Source: Candidatus Geothermarchaeota archaeon | Lineage (GTDB): Archaea; Thermoproteota; Nitrososphaeria; Geothermarchaeales; JDFR-13 | DNA length: 24,000 nucleotides | NCBI GenBank assembly: GCA_015523545.1 | Contig: WAKB01000010.1 | Coordinates: 79,554-103,553 of the forward strand | Direction of reading: 5' to 3' | Shown here: one piece after another, positions 13,908-23,093 of the stretch | How the letters are laid out: each line of letters begins with the position of its first letter | Position numbering within the stretch: position 1 is the first letter of the stretch | Notes under the pieces: model-generated | What the model was told of the DNA's origin: nothing | What the model saw: the letters and a program-made list of their open reading frames with translations, nothing else | Databases searched by the model: none | Program-made: the position numbers and the translations under genes

Positions 13908-14927
13908 TTAGAACCACTGGTCTAGACTCTTAACCGAGAGAGCCCTCCTAAGCTCGTCGAGAGCCTTCTTCACACGCTCCCTACTGAAGTCGTGTTCATC
14001 ACAGAGGAAACGCATAATCCCCTCATAATCCGGTGTGCTGAATGTCAGATCATACTCATCCGTCACCTCAGGGGATAGGAATATCTTCCTAATCTCCCTC
14101 ACCAGATCCATATCTAGCTTACCCCACACCTCCGGAATATGTTCAATACTGCCATATCTACGCACCAAGTCATAGGCCTTCTTTGGCCCGATCCCCTTCA
14201 CACCATCGTTATAATCCGTACCAATCAGAATCGCAACATCCACCAGCTGCTGCCTAGTTATCCCCAGCTTCTCGAGAACCCTATCGAGCCTAATAATCTC
14301 AGGCTCCATCTTCACCTCTATCCCCTTACTTGGATACTTAACCGTACCAGTCAATGTAATATTCCTAACCACCTTGGGCGCTCCGAAGAGCAGTGAGTCA
14401 TAGTCCTGAGACCCTACAGCATCGGCATCGCCCTTCATAGCTATATAGGCGGCCTGAGCCTCACCCTCCTGCGGAGCATCTATTACAGGGATACCCATCA
14501 ACCTCAACAGCTCCTTCGCATCAACAACCATATACTCCTCCAGCTGTGCAGCCATGGCTGCATACTTCCTCGCCGCCTCGAAATCCTTCCTAGCAAGGGC
14601 CTCCTCAAACTTCTGCCTACTCTCAGCCTTAATCTTGTTACGCCTCTCAAGCTCAAGCATCTTCAGACGGGGCGGCGGGCCGTCAAACACATAGGCGGGC
14701 TTAATCCCAAACTTCAACAGGTTTACATTCCGGTAGAAGAGGCCGCTCAGATGGCTAGTCACCCTCCCACTACTATCCCTAAGTGGGCGGCCAGTCTTAT
14801 CCCTTATAGTCGTTAGGAACTGGTAGAGAGTGTTGAAACCATCTATAACTATAACCCAACCCCTCAGCTTAGAAAAGTCAGTCTTCTCCTTATACTCAGA
14901 TATTAGGGGGGCTAGGTTGACACCCAT
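13908..14927 (-). CDS. fen: Flap endonuclease 1 (FEN-1)
   Basis: 339 aa. XPG-N/XPG-I motifs present (MGVNLAPLI..., VIDGFNTLYQFL, KPAYVFDGPPP, APQEGEAQAAYIAMKG, VGSQDYDSLLFGAP, GTDYN). The C-terminal QWF fits the FEN-1 PIP-box region. The ATG is preceded by GGTGGTGGG. Confidence 0.95.
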   Translation of the reverse strand: MGVNLAPLISEYKEKTDFSKLRGWVIVIDGFNTLYQFLTTIRDKTGRPLRDSSGRVTSHLSGLFYRNVNLLKFGIKPAYVFDGPPPRLKMLELERRNKIKAESRQKFEEALARKDFEAARKYAAMAAQLEEYMVVDAKELLRLMGIPVIDAPQEGEAQAAYIAMKGDADAVGSQDYDSLLFGAPKVVRNITLTGTVKYPSKGIEVKMEPEIIRLDRVLEKLGITRQQLVDVAILIGTDYNDGVKGIGPKKAYDLVRRYGSIEHIPEVWGKLDMDLVREIRKIFLSPEVTDEYDLTFSTPDYEGIMRFLCDEHDFSRERVKKALDELRRALSVKSLDQWF

Positions 14928-14936
14928 CCCACCACC

Positions 14937-15206
14937 TCACTCCTCCAGGAGACGGATCTCCAGAGTATTACCATTATTCTCGACACTGATCTTCCCCCAG
15001 AGCTCAAGCCTGAGCAGAGCCTTCCTAATCTCCTCCTCACTGATGTTGGGGTAGGCATCCCTCATATAGTATATGAAGGAGTCGTACTGTATAACGATCT
15101 TCTCATTAGCCTCCTCCCTACCCTTAGCCAGCTCTCTAAACATCCTCCTAAGCTCCTGGTAGACCGTGTTAGTCACCGGCCTACCATGCCAATAGTCGTT
15201 CGACAT
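14937..15206 (-). CDS. Hypothetical 89-aa protein, probable small winged-helix fold
   Basis: ATG 15206. Its stop lies 9 nt before the FEN1 ATG, with GGTGGTGGG between them. The purine-rich coding-strand bias matches its neighbours. The helix/strand pattern read from sequence (a1-b1-a2-a3-b2-b3; ISEEEIRKALLRLELWGKISVENNGNTLEI) resembles wHTH. I recognise no family. Confidence 0.6.
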   Translation of the reverse strand: MSNDYWHGRPVTNTVYQELRRMFRELAKGREEANEKIVIQYDSFIYYMRDAYPNISEEEIRKALLRLELWGKISVENNGNTLEIRLLEE

Positions 15207-15220
15207 CGTATCTACCCATG

Positions 15221-17389
15221 CTACGTGAAGGCTGCAGGCAACCTCATCTGCTTCTTATAGATCGCTTTGCCATAGTTCTCATACCACTCTATAATGCTCT
15301 CGTTAAGGGATGGAGGCACCCTCTCCATAGCCTTCAGGAAGTCACTATGCTTCACTACCTCCCTACCCTCCCTAAGAGCCGTTAGAGCAGCCTCCCTGAC
15401 CAGCGCCTTCAGATCAGCCCCTGAGTAGAACTCAGTAGCCTCAGCAATCTCATACAGTGAGACATCCTCATCCAACGGAACATTAGAGGTGTGGATCTTC
15501 AATATACTATACCTATCCTCCTTGTTGGGCGGCGGTACATATATCATGAGATCTATCCTACCAGGCCTAAGCAGAGCCTGATCAATCATATCCGGCCTAT
15601 TGGTAGCCCCTATCACGATAACGTCTTCAAGCCTCGTTATACCATCCAGCTCCGTGAGGAACTGGCTAATAACCCTGTCAGTTACCCTGGAACCGGCGTC
15701 GCTACCCCTCATAGGCACCAACGCCTCGATCTCATCGAAGAATATGATTGATGGGGCTGCGTCCCTAGCCCTCTTAAACACCTTCCTAATACCCTTCTCA
15801 GACTCGCCAACCCACTTACTTAGAAGCTCAGGGCCCTTAACAACGATGAAGTTCATATTAGTCTCACTAGCTATCGCCTGGGCCAGCAGAGTCTTACCAG
15901 TGCCTGGCGGTCCATAGAGCAGGATACCCTTAGGCGGGTCAATACCCAGCTTCTTAAACTTGTCAGGATACTTCAGAGGCCACTCAACATTCTCCTTCAA
16001 CATCCTCTTTACCTCTTTGAGGCCACCAATATCGTCCCATGTGATCTTGGGTATCGATACCTCAACCTCCCTAAGGGCTGTGGGCACTATCTCCTTATAT
16101 GCGTCGATAAAGTCCTTCATCGTCACCTGGATCTTACTCAACACCTCGTCGGGTATCTCACCAGTGTCTGAATACTCCTCTATCAGGGGCAGGTTCCTCT
16201 TGAGAGCCTTCATAGCAGCCTCGCGGCAGATAGCCTGTATATCGGCTCCAGTATATCCATGCGTTATACTGGCGAGCTTACGGATATCCACATCGTCAGC
16301 CAGAGGCATACCCCTAGTATGTATCTTGAATATCTCGTACCGCCCCTTCTCATCAGGTATACGTATCTCAATCTCCCTGTCGAACCTACCCGGCCTCCTC
16401 AGAGCGGGATCTATAGCATCGATCCTATTAGTAGCCCCTATGACGATTACCTGCCCCCTACCCTTCAGGCCGTCCATAAGCGTCAGGAGCTGGGCCACAA
16501 CCCTCTTCTCAGCCTCGCCGGAGACATCCTCCCTCTTAGGCGCTATCGAGTCCAACTCATCTATAAATATGATAGAAGGTGCATTCTCCTCAGCCTTCCT
16601 AAATATCTCCCTAAGCTTCGCCTCTGACTCGCCATAATACTTACTGGTAATCTCAGGACCATTTATCGCGAAGAAGCTGGCCTCACTCTCATTCGCTACG
16701 GCCTTTGCCAGTAAGGTCTTTCCACATCCTGGTGGACCATATAGTATGACCCCCTTCGGCGGGTCTATACCTAGGTGCTTAAACAGCTTGGGGAATCTAA
16801 GGGGGAGCTCAACCATCTCCCTAATCTTCTCAATCTCCTTCTCGAGGCCACCTATATCCTCATACCTAACCTCGGTATCCTCGATCTGTTCAGAGAAGTC
16901 GCTGGTAATGACTAGCCTGGTAGTATCCGTGATGTATACTGGCACATCAGGAGTGACCTTCTTCACCCTTAGCGAGATCGGCGAGCCAAATAGCTTGATA
17001 GTTATTATGTTCCCCCTGAGTATAGGCCTGTTAATCAGCCTGTTATGGATAGTCTTCTCAAAGTTCCTATCTATATTCTCGATCCTGTCTATCGGGACTA
17101 GGACGACCTTCTTGGCTGGGAAGAGCTTCACCGGCCTAACGATCACAGTATCGTTATCAGTCACCCCGAGGTTACGCTTCATCTCATCGTCAAGCCTGAT
17201 TATGTTTTCCGGCTCCTCCATGGATAGTGATGCCACCCAGCCAACTACACGGCCCTTCTTCTCCACCATTACGGAGCTACGCTCATGTATACCTAGACGC
17301 TCCATTACAAGCCTGTGGATCCTGATTATCCCCCTATCAATATCCCTAGGATATGCATCCTTTACAACCAACTCTACCTTTCTCTCCAT
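15221..17389 (-). CDS. cdc48: CDC48/VCP/p97-type AAA+ ATPase (two AAA domains)
   Basis: 722 aa with an N-domain. D1 has Walker A GPPGCGKT and Walker [10 protein letters not shown]2 has Walker A GPPGTGKT and Walker [12 protein letters not shown] regions present ([19 protein letters not shown]; [19 protein letters not shown]). Confidence 0.95.
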   Translation of the reverse strand: MERKVELVVKDAYPRDIDRGIIRIHRLVMERLGIHERSSVMVEKKGRVVGWVASLSMEEPENIIRLDDEMKRNLGVTDNDTVIVRPVKLFPAKKVVLVPIDRIENIDRNFEKTIHNRLINRPILRGNIITIKLFGSPISLRVKKVTPDVPVYITDTTRLVITSDFSEQIEDTEVRYEDIGGLEKEIEKIREMVELPLRFPKLFKHLGIDPPKGVILYGPPGCGKTLLAKAVANESEASFFAINGPEITSKYYGESEAKLREIFRKAEENAPSIIFIDELDSIAPKREDVSGEAEKRVVAQLLTLMDGLKGRGQVIVIGATNRIDAIDPALRRPGRFDREIEIRIPDEKGRYEIFKIHTRGMPLADDVDIRKLASITHGYTGADIQAICREAAMKALKRNLPLIEEYSDTGEIPDEVLSKIQVTMKDFIDAYKEIVPTALREVEVSIPKITWDDIGGLKEVKRMLKENVEWPLKYPDKFKKLGIDPPKGILLYGPPGTGKTLLAQAIASETNMNFIVVKGPELLSKWVGESEKGIRKVFKRARDAAPSIIFFDEIEALVPMRGSDAGSRVTDRVISQFLTELDGITRLEDVIVIGATNRPDMIDQALLRPGRIDLMIYVPPPNKEDRYSILKIHTSNVPLDEDVSLYEIAEATEFYSGADLKALVREAALTALREGREVVKHSDFLKAMERVPPSLNESIIEWYENYGKAIYKKQMRLPAAFT

Positions 17390-17408
17390 CTTATACTACT
17401 CCCCCACG

Positions 17409-17428
17409 TTTATATCCAAAAAATATTC
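17409..17428 (-). promoter_or_regulatory. Putative cdc48 promoter (TATA ATATAAA, leaderless geometry)
   Basis: The minus strand reads GAATATTTTTTGGATATAAA. The ATATAAA centre is approx 23 nt upstream of ATG 17389, and no SD lies between them. Confidence 0.4.
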
Positions 17429-17519
17429 TACTCCCCAGAAGTCATTTAAAGAGAGGTATGTCCAAGAGGCATACAGTAATGGCCACTAGCAAATAAAATA
17501 TGTCTAGCCCGGCAAACCC

Positions 17520-17795
17520 CTAGAGCCTAGTCATACCCACGTTCTCCACGTTTCCAATACCCTCCACGCTCGGGATCAGCTCCTCAACCTTGTTCAGGAT
17601 GTCCTCATCCTCCTCATCCACCACTATGAGGATCTTGGCACTATATAGGCCGAAGGCTACAGGCTCCACCTGCACATCCTGTATCTCCACACCAATGCTT
17701 GACAGGGCCTCCCTAAGCCTGCCGACAACCTCGTCCAGAGCATCCTTCCCCGGCTTGTCTGGCATGACTTTATATACAACGCCAACCTTGGCCAT
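17520..17795 (-). CDS. ef1b: Translation elongation factor aEF-1 beta
   Basis: ATG 17795 gives MAKVGVVYKVMPDKPG...VQVEPVAFGLYSAKILIVVDE...VENV..TRL (91 aa), the typical aEF-1beta. The track ORF is over-extended into the upstream gene. Confidence 0.9.
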   Translation of the reverse strand: MAKVGVVYKVMPDKPGKDALDEVVGRLREALSSIGVEIQDVQVEPVAFGLYSAKILIVVDEEDEDILNKVEELIPSVEGIGNVENVGMTRL

Positions 17796-17805
17796 GCCTA
17801 CGCAC

Positions 17806-17991
17806 CTATGGACCCTTGAAGCCACAGTTGGGGCATGTATACTCCCTGGCAAACCTCCTACACTTCTCACATCTCCATATAATTACCTCTCCACAGGAGG
17901 GGCATGGGAAGTATACGGAGGACTCGAAGTAGAGTATGTTCTTATTACACGAGATACATTTCTGCGGCTCATACTCTATCTCGAAGCTCAT
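17806..17991 (-). CDS. Zn-ribbon protein of the family usually found upstream of aEF-1beta (COG2888-like)
   Basis: Four CxxC knuckles (CISC, CPSC, CEKC, CPNC). The conserved position lies directly upstream of ef1b. ATG 17991 is 27.5 nt from the TTTTATAG centre (18022..18015), which is leaderless geometry. The alternative is ATG 18009. Confidence 0.8.
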   Translation of the reverse strand: MSFEIEYEPQKCISCNKNILYFESSVYFPCPSCGEVIIWRCEKCRRFAREYTCPNCGFKGP

Positions 17992-18026
17992 ATCCACACC
18001 ATAATACATAGCCTCTATAAAAGTCT

Positions 18027-19100
18027 TTATAAGCCTCTAAACAGCTCTGTAAAGACCCGTATACCCAGCCTCCCCAGAATCCTCATAAGATCCATATCCA
18101 TAACCATCTTAACCAGTATAGAGGCATGGAAATCCATATCCCCATACATCAACGCCATGTTTAGGACCTCCCTCTTAGAAAGCACCGTGAAGACCTGCCG
18201 AGCCTCCTCATTAGACATGAGGAGGAACATCTTCCTGAGGATCTTCTGTAGGGTAATCTCCCTACCAAGCATGGAGTAGAAAAGATCTGAATACTCTATA
18301 GCCCCACCAATCCTCTCCGCCAGCATCTTAGCGGCCAAGGCATGGTACATCAAGCCACCGCCAGTAGATGGCTTAACCTGGCCAGCTGAGTCACCTATAT
18401 AGACTTTATCACCACTCCTGAACCGATCCCTAGGACCACCTAGGACTACGAAGCCATACATCCTCCTCAGAACCTCGTAGCGTCCCAGCCTTCTATCCAT
18501 TAGCCTATTCAAAACCCTCCATAGCCCAGCCTTCCCAGCTGTACCCACCTTAAACCTATCCTGAGACAGGGGGACTATCCATGAGAAGAAGTAGGGATTA
18601 ACCTCCCTGTCCCACCATATAAATACATGGCCATCCTCGAGTTGGGATGAGGCCCTCACAATCAGCTGCAAAGCAGGGAGAGCCTCCCCCACCCCATCCC
18701 GGATATAGGTGGCTGCACCAGTGGCGTCGACATGAATACCGGTGGGCATGGCTCTCGTACCCATTCTAGCCTTTCCACCCAGATCAACATAGACCCTATA
18801 GAGCCACTCCTCATATCCCACCCTGTCAATAGCATATGCCTTAGGAGCCGACGTAGAGGCCTGGAAAACCTCACCAGCAATCTCTAGGACTACCCCCCTA
18901 AACCTAGATAGTATCAGCCCCCCAGGCAGACCCGTAAAGTCTATGAAGGAGGGGCTAACAACGCCGGTACAGTGCTGGGGACGGCCGACCATCCTCTTAG
19001 GGTCATATATAACTGTCTGGTACCCCCTCCTAGCCAACTCTATACCAGCTAGAAGGCCTGCCGGGCCGGCGCCTAGGATGGGTATGGAGTCATCACTCAT
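18027..19100 (-). CDS. FAD-dependent oxidoreductase, geranylgeranyl-reductase family
   Basis: ATG 19100 gives [26 protein letters not shown] (GxGxxG dinucleotide fold). A later [17 protein letters not shown]-contact motif is present. 357 aa. The track start at 19184 adds a non-conserved extension across the divergent promoter. Confidence 0.72.
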   Translation of the reverse strand: MSDDSIPILGAGPAGLLAGIELARRGYQTVIYDPKRMVGRPQHCTGVVSPSFIDFTGLPGGLILSRFRGVVLEIAGEVFQASTSAPKAYAIDRVGYEEWLYRVYVDLGGKARMGTRAMPTGIHVDATGAATYIRDGVGEALPALQLIVRASSQLEDGHVFIWWDREVNPYFFSWIVPLSQDRFKVGTAGKAGLWRVLNRLMDRRLGRYEVLRRMYGFVVLGGPRDRFRSGDKVYIGDSAGQVKPSTGGGLMYHALAAKMLAERIGGAIEYSDLFYSMLGREITLQKILRKMFLLMSNEEARQVFTVLSKREVLNMALMYGDMDFHASILVKMVMDMDLMRILGRLGIRVFTELFRGL

Positions 19101-19124
19101 CACCAATACACATCCCCATAGGCC

Positions 19125-19132
19125 TAATATTA
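19125..19132. promoter_or_regulatory. Palindromic TATA-like element TAATATTA in the divergent spacer between the GGR-family gene and pth2
   Basis: A perfect 8-bp palindrome. Its centre is 28.5 nt from ATG 19100 (leaderless geometry) and 36.5 nt from ATG 19165. Confidence 0.4.
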
Positions 19133-19164
19133 TCCCGCGACAGGTGATGTATAGGGATTGGGAG

Positions 19165-19515
19165 ATGTATAAACAGGCCATCATAGTGAGGACAGACCTA
19201 GATATGGGTAGGGGAAAGCTGGCCGCACAAGTGGCACATGCAGCTGTCGACTCCTTCTACAAAACCCTTAGGTCGAGACCTGAGAAGGCATTGGCATGGC
19301 TCCAGGAAGGCCAGAAGAAGGTCGTCCTCAAAGTCACGAGCATATCAGAGCTTCTAGAGAGGGCGGAGAAGGCCTCCGAACACGGATTAATAGTGTCGAT
19401 AGTCAGGGATGCAGGCCTGACACAGCTACAGCCAGGTACCGTCACATGTGTAGGCATAGGTCCAGACAGAGAGGAGCTGATCGACAGGATCACGGGCGAC
19501 TTAAAACTTCTATAG
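19165..19515 (+). CDS. pth2: Peptidyl-tRNA hydrolase, archaeal type (Pth2)
   Basis: [28 protein letters not shown]...VVLKV..........[19 protein letters not shown], 116 aa. The track ORF start at 18943 is antisense read-through. Confidence 0.9.
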   Translation: MYKQAIIVRTDLDMGRGKLAAQVAHAAVDSFYKTLRSRPEKALAWLQEGQKKVVLKVTSISELLERAEKASEHGLIVSIVRDAGLTQLQPGTVTCVGIGPDREELIDRITGDLKLL

Positions 19516-19543
19516 AGCATATAGAGCCGAGAGACTGGTTGCC

Positions 19544-20479
19544 ATGGAGTACCCCCGCAGCCATGTAAACGAGGACGTAGCCATAGGCCTATGCTACTAC
19601 ACCACTAGGGGCAGACACATAAAATGTAGGATAAAACACGGGGTGGGCAGCTTCCAGGTAGAGGAGATAATACGTAGAGACATACTCGGAGATAGGGGGC
19701 TCTACCTCTATAGAATATTTAAGCCATGGGGAGTCTCCAGCAGAGAGGTGGAGGAGAGTATCAAGAAGTATGGCGCGAGGCTGATAGGTAGGAAGGATAA
19801 ATACTCAGATGCATGGATACACGTAGTCTCTAAGACCAGGATATATAGGGAGGGATACACCCTAGTAGGGAGAATAGACGAGACATACAAGCCTGAAGAG
19901 ATACACATAGGGAACAGGTTCAGGATAAGGGTTCTCATCCCACCGGGGGAAGACATGGACGATGTCCTCGAGGCTATTAGGAGGATAAACAGGGGAGAGA
20001 CGAGGGTTCTCAACTATTATGGCTACCAGAGATTCGGCCACTCAAGAGACAACCATATACATGGATACAAGGCCATAAGGAAGGAGCCACCGCCACGGCT
20101 CGAGAGGATAAAATATGAGGCACTCCAGTCATACCTATTCAACCTCTCCATCAACAACCTCGTGAGGAGAGGCGCCGACCCACCACAGACACTCCCACTA
20201 GTGGGATACGCCACCCCCTCCACACAGCTGGAAGACCTACTTGGGATAAATAGAGAAGAGGCCCTCAAACTCAAGAAACACTTCTTCATGCTTAGACACG
20301 CTGGATACGACTTCTACGGAGGTGTGCGTAACACCTATATACGTATACTGGGGGAGATAAGCATAGCCAGGGAGAATGAAGAGGCAATTCTAGAGTTTAT
20401 CCTTGGCCGGGGGGAGTATGCAACGATCCTCCTGAGAGAGCTATTCAAGCCTTTGAGGCCTAGACAGCAGGGGTTCTAA
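19544..20479 (+). CDS. truD: tRNA pseudouridine synthase TruD/Pus7 family (short form)
   Basis: F.V.E motif (GSFQVEEI). The catalytic G.KDK motif is present (IGRKDKYS), as is NYYGYQRFG. Only 311 aa. Confidence 0.82.
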   Translation: MEYPRSHVNEDVAIGLCYYTTRGRHIKCRIKHGVGSFQVEEIIRRDILGDRGLYLYRIFKPWGVSSREVEESIKKYGARLIGRKDKYSDAWIHVVSKTRIYREGYTLVGRIDETYKPEEIHIGNRFRIRVLIPPGEDMDDVLEAIRRINRGETRVLNYYGYQRFGHSRDNHIHGYKAIRKEPPPRLERIKYEALQSYLFNLSINNLVRRGADPPQTLPLVGYATPSTQLEDLLGINREEALKLKKHFFMLRHAGYDFYGGVRNTYIRILGEISIARENEEAILEFILGRGEYATILLRELFKPLRPRQQGF

Positions 20480-20910
20480 CTCCTCACCGACTTTACAGCA
20501 GGGTGATTCTCATCCCTCATAACAACTTCAAACCACTTATACTTACCATCCTCACCGACATAGTAGGACCCCAGCACAGTCAGGTTCCTAAACTTCCTCT
20601 TAGCCCTCTGCTCCGCAATAGTCTGGAGCGATAGCTGACGCTTAATCTTAGAGATACCCATCCTCTTCTGCCTCCTACCCAGCTTAGGAGGTATCTTACG
20701 AAGCCCACCCTTAGTAACCCTTACACGGACAACCACATATCCCTGCTTAGCCCTATACCCAAGGGCACGGGCCCTATCAAGCCTAGTGGGCCTCTCAACC
20801 CTAACAATAGCAGGCTCCCTACGCCACTTCATACGCATCTGGGTTAGATAACGACTATACTTAGGATCCGACCAGAGCCGTCTCCAAGTCTCATTTATAT
20901 ATTTATACAT
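20476..20910 (-). CDS. rpl15e: 50S ribosomal protein L15e (short form)
   Basis: [11 protein letters not shown]...[35 protein letters not shown] 20910 is preceded by GGTGGTG at 8 nt. 144 aa, ending just after the NHPA motif. Confidence 0.9.
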   Translation of the reverse strand: MYKYINETWRRLWSDPKYSRYLTQMRMKWRREPAIVRVERPTRLDRARALGYRAKQGYVVVRVRVTKGGLRKIPPKLGRRQKRMGISKIKRQLSLQTIAEQRAKRKFRNLTVLGSYYVGEDGKYKWFEVVMRDENHPAVKSVRS

Positions 20911-20957
20911 ATCCCCAACACCACCAGTTCAGACTCTCCATATCAACATACAAGTAC

Positions 20958-20966
20958 TTAAATATT
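20958..20966. promoter_or_regulatory. TATA-like element TTAAATATT (palindromic core AATATT) in the rpl15e/GTPase divergent spacer
   Basis: Its centre is approx 34.5 nt from ATG 20998 and approx 53.5 nt from ATG 20910. It is only 13.5 nt from ATG 20977, which argues against that start. Confidence 0.35.
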
Positions 20967-20997
20967 CAACCCCCCGATGATAAAAACAGTTAGCTCC

Positions 20998-22182
20998 ATG
21001 AAGCTAGGCATAGTCGGCAAACCCAACGTGGGCAAGACAACCCTGTTCAACGCCCTCACACTAGGATCTGAGAAGACGGGCAACTACCCATTCACCACGA
21101 TCGAGGGTGCGGAGGGAATAGCATACGTAAAGATAAGATGTGTATGCAGCGAGATAGGGGTTAGAGACACGCCTGTAAACTCGGTATGTAGGGAGGGATG
21201 GAGGTTCATACCTATCAAAATAGTCGATACAGCCGGCCTAGTCCCCGATGCATGGAGAGGCAGGGGACTGGGAAACCAGTTCCTATCCAAGATCATGGAG
21301 GCCGATGCCTGGATCCACGTCATAGACCTCTCAGGCGCTACAGACATGGAGGGGAACGTTGGAGAACCAGGCGAGTATGACCCTCTAGACGACATCAAGT
21401 TTATACAGCGGGAGCTAAGAATGTGGGTCAGGGGGATACTGGAGAAGAACTATGAGACTGTAGAGAGGGACGTGAAGCATAGGAAGACCGAACTTGGAGA
21501 GGCGCTATACAAGGTCTTATCAGGCCTAGCGGTTAGGAAAGAGGCTATAGACAACATTATAGAAACACTAGGCCTGAAAGACCTATCCAAACTAGTGGAG
21601 AACCTGGACACCTTCGTAGAAAGACTCCTCTCAGAGGCAAAGCCCATGGCCATAGCTGGGAACAAGATAGACCTGCCACACTCCAAGGAGAACCTCGACA
21701 GGCTGAGATCAATGGGCATAGATGTCCACCCAATAAGCGCAGTATCCGAATACTTCCTGAAGACACTCGATAGAGAGGGGAAGATAAGATACATACCAGG
21801 GGAGCCCGGCTTCGATATCTTGAAGCCGGGAGAACTCACGGGTAGGGAGAGGAAGGCCCTAAGCATCATAAGGGAGAAGATATTCGGGGAGTGGGGAGGA
21901 ACAGGTGTACAGAACCTCATAGACCACGTAGTTCTAGACATGCTTGGCTACATAGCGGTCTATCCAGTCAAGGATATCAACCGCCTGACCGATGGGGAGG
22001 GGAGAGTCCTTCCAGACACTTACCTAGTCCCCAAGGGCACCACTCTTAGGGAGCTAGCATATATGATACACTCCGACCTAGGAGAAAGGATAAAGTATGG
22101 CTACGTATATGGCAAGACGACGAGGGTCTCCCCCGACTACGTCCTGAGACACAGGGACATAGTATCTATACAGGTATACTGA
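20998..22182 (+). CDS. Obg/YchF-family GTP-binding protein with C-terminal TGS domain
   Basis: G1 is GKPNVGKTT, G3 is DTAGL and G4 is NKID. The C-terminal TGS-like region is VYPV...LVPKGTTLRELAYMIHSDLGE. It is collinear with the remembered Pyrococcus homologue of about 397 aa. The start MKLGIVGKPN (20998) is preferred; the track start ATG 20977 is the alternative. Confidence 0.85.
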   Translation: MKLGIVGKPNVGKTTLFNALTLGSEKTGNYPFTTIEGAEGIAYVKIRCVCSEIGVRDTPVNSVCREGWRFIPIKIVDTAGLVPDAWRGRGLGNQFLSKIMEADAWIHVIDLSGATDMEGNVGEPGEYDPLDDIKFIQRELRMWVRGILEKNYETVERDVKHRKTELGEALYKVLSGLAVRKEAIDNIIETLGLKDLSKLVENLDTFVERLLSEAKPMAIAGNKIDLPHSKENLDRLRSMGIDVHPISAVSEYFLKTLDREGKIRYIPGEPGFDILKPGELTGRERKALSIIREKIFGEWGGTGVQNLIDHVVLDMLGYIAVYPVKDINRLTDGEGRVLPDTYLVPKGTTLRELAYMIHSDLGERIKYGYVYGKTTRVSPDYVLRHRDIVSIQVY

Positions 22183-22203
22183 GCCAACTATCGGCTAGAC
22201 AAG

Positions 22204-22794
22204 CTAGATAGGCGTCCCAGGCCAGTGGAGAACCTTTACCTTGAATACCCCCGACCCCTCCCTAATAGGGTAGACCTTCCTAGCAGCCTCCGCGATCTCA
22301 TCATTCACCTTACCCATCAAGATCTCCCTTATAAAGGACTTAGAGTCTAGAGCCTCCGCCCACTTATCGATAACCTTGAAGACCTGCTTCCTAATAGCGC
22401 TCTTCCTAGAGCTAGTTATCCTCTTCGTCGTGAATACACTGGCCCTGACACGGAAACGCCCACCATCCTTCGTCTCAACATCCCTGATAGCCTTTACATA
22501 ACTGGTGCCCCTCATGATTAGAGACCTCTCATACTCCCTGAAGTACTCATGCCCATTATACCTAGTATAGGCGTAGGAATCCTTCACCTCATAGATCTTA
22601 AGCTTAACCTTTATGAACTGATGGTTAAAGTCCCCAGTCAGGTCTGAGAGGAGGACCTCAATATTCCTACCTATAAGGTTTTCAGGAGAGTTTGCAATGA
22701 CGTAGTAAAGGTCATTCCCACCGAGAAAGTCCGGAGCCTTCACCATTACATATACCTTCTTCCTACCCCTCTTCACACCATATCTAGTCGGCAT
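22204..22794 (-). CDS. rps3ae: 30S ribosomal protein S3Ae (eS1)
   Basis: ATG 22794 (the track M at 22803 is GTG). Sequence KKVYVMVKAPDFLGG...NLIGRNIEVLLSDLTGDFNHQFIKVKLKI...RVRASVFT matches eS1. Confidence 0.92.
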   Translation of the reverse strand: MPTRYGVKRGRKKVYVMVKAPDFLGGNDLYYVIANSPENLIGRNIEVLLSDLTGDFNHQFIKVKLKIYEVKDSYAYTRYNGHEYFREYERSLIMRGTSYVKAIRDVETKDGGRFRVRASVFTTKRITSSRKSAIRKQVFKVIDKWAEALDSKSFIREILMGKVNDEIAEAARKVYPIREGSGVFKVKVLHWPGTPI

Positions 22795-22851
22795 ACTCCC
22801 CACACCCTTGCTAACTAGTCTACTTATGGACCTATATATCTAATAAAGGCC

Positions 22852-23076
22852 CTATCCCCTCCCCATACACTCGTCGTTGAGGATAGGGTGTAGAGACCGG
22901 AATATATCGTTTATAGCAGCCCTCACAGACTTGGGCCTACCCACTACTGATATATGGAGATATCCCTCCCCACCACCGACGAGTATCTCCAACCCCTCCG
23001 CGGAATTATCGGGGGACAGCGCATCAGCCACCACCCCTCCATCCACCACACCCTCAACAAACACCTCAACCTTCAT
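22852..23076 (-). CDS. pcc1: KEOPS complex subunit Pcc1-like protein
   Basis: 74 aa from ATG 23076, with GGGTGGTG upstream. Pcc1-like pattern: A.AL.PDN....L.I......L.I.V.......VRAAINDIFR.L. Confidence 0.62.
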   Translation of the reverse strand: MKVEVFVEGVVDGGVVADALSPDNSAEGLEILVGGGEGYLHISVVGRPKSVRAAINDIFRSLHPILNDECMGRG

Positions 23077-23093
23077 ATTGACACCACCCAACA

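Noticed and set aside
15491-17489. Several long plus-strand ORFs (86-247 aa, e.g. 15960..16637 and 16746..17489) lie opposite the CDC48 gene.
   Set aside because: They are shadow ORFs. The CDC48 coding strand is strongly purine-rich, so its complement is stop-poor and translates to low-complexity Ser/Leu/Pro/Thr/Ile strings with no motifs, start signals or promoters. CDC48 itself is unambiguous.
17390-17519. The 130-nt spacer between ef1b and cdc48 contains a small inverted repeat (GTATG-N9-CATAC, around 17466..17484). It could hold a small ncRNA.
   Set aside because: The stem is only 5 bp, there are no C/D or H/ACA boxes, and the T-rich ef1b terminator (ATATTTTATTTGC) plus the cdc48 TATA account for the spacer.
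17796-17870. N-terminal extensions in the ORF track: ef1b to 17870, the flavoprotein to 19184, pth2 from 18943, L6 to 1627 and L32e to 1119.
   Set aside because: The extensions overlap upstream genes or promoters, are not conserved in the families as I know them, and internal ATGs with an SD or correct TATA spacing give canonical N-termini.
17590-18279. A 229-aa plus-strand ORF spans the antisense of ef1b, the Zn-ribbon gene and the 3' end of the flavoprotein gene.
   Set aside because: It crosses two intergenic gaps of real genes, has a low-complexity composition and no recognisable motif. This is typical antisense read-through.
20400-20480. A possible frameshift or pseudogenisation of rpl15e, to explain its short length.
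   Set aside because: In-frame read-through past the stop and one shifted frame were hand-translated and show no eL15-like sequence. The region is the well-formed 3' end of truD on the opposite strand. The short length is kept as a finding to check, not called a pseudogene.
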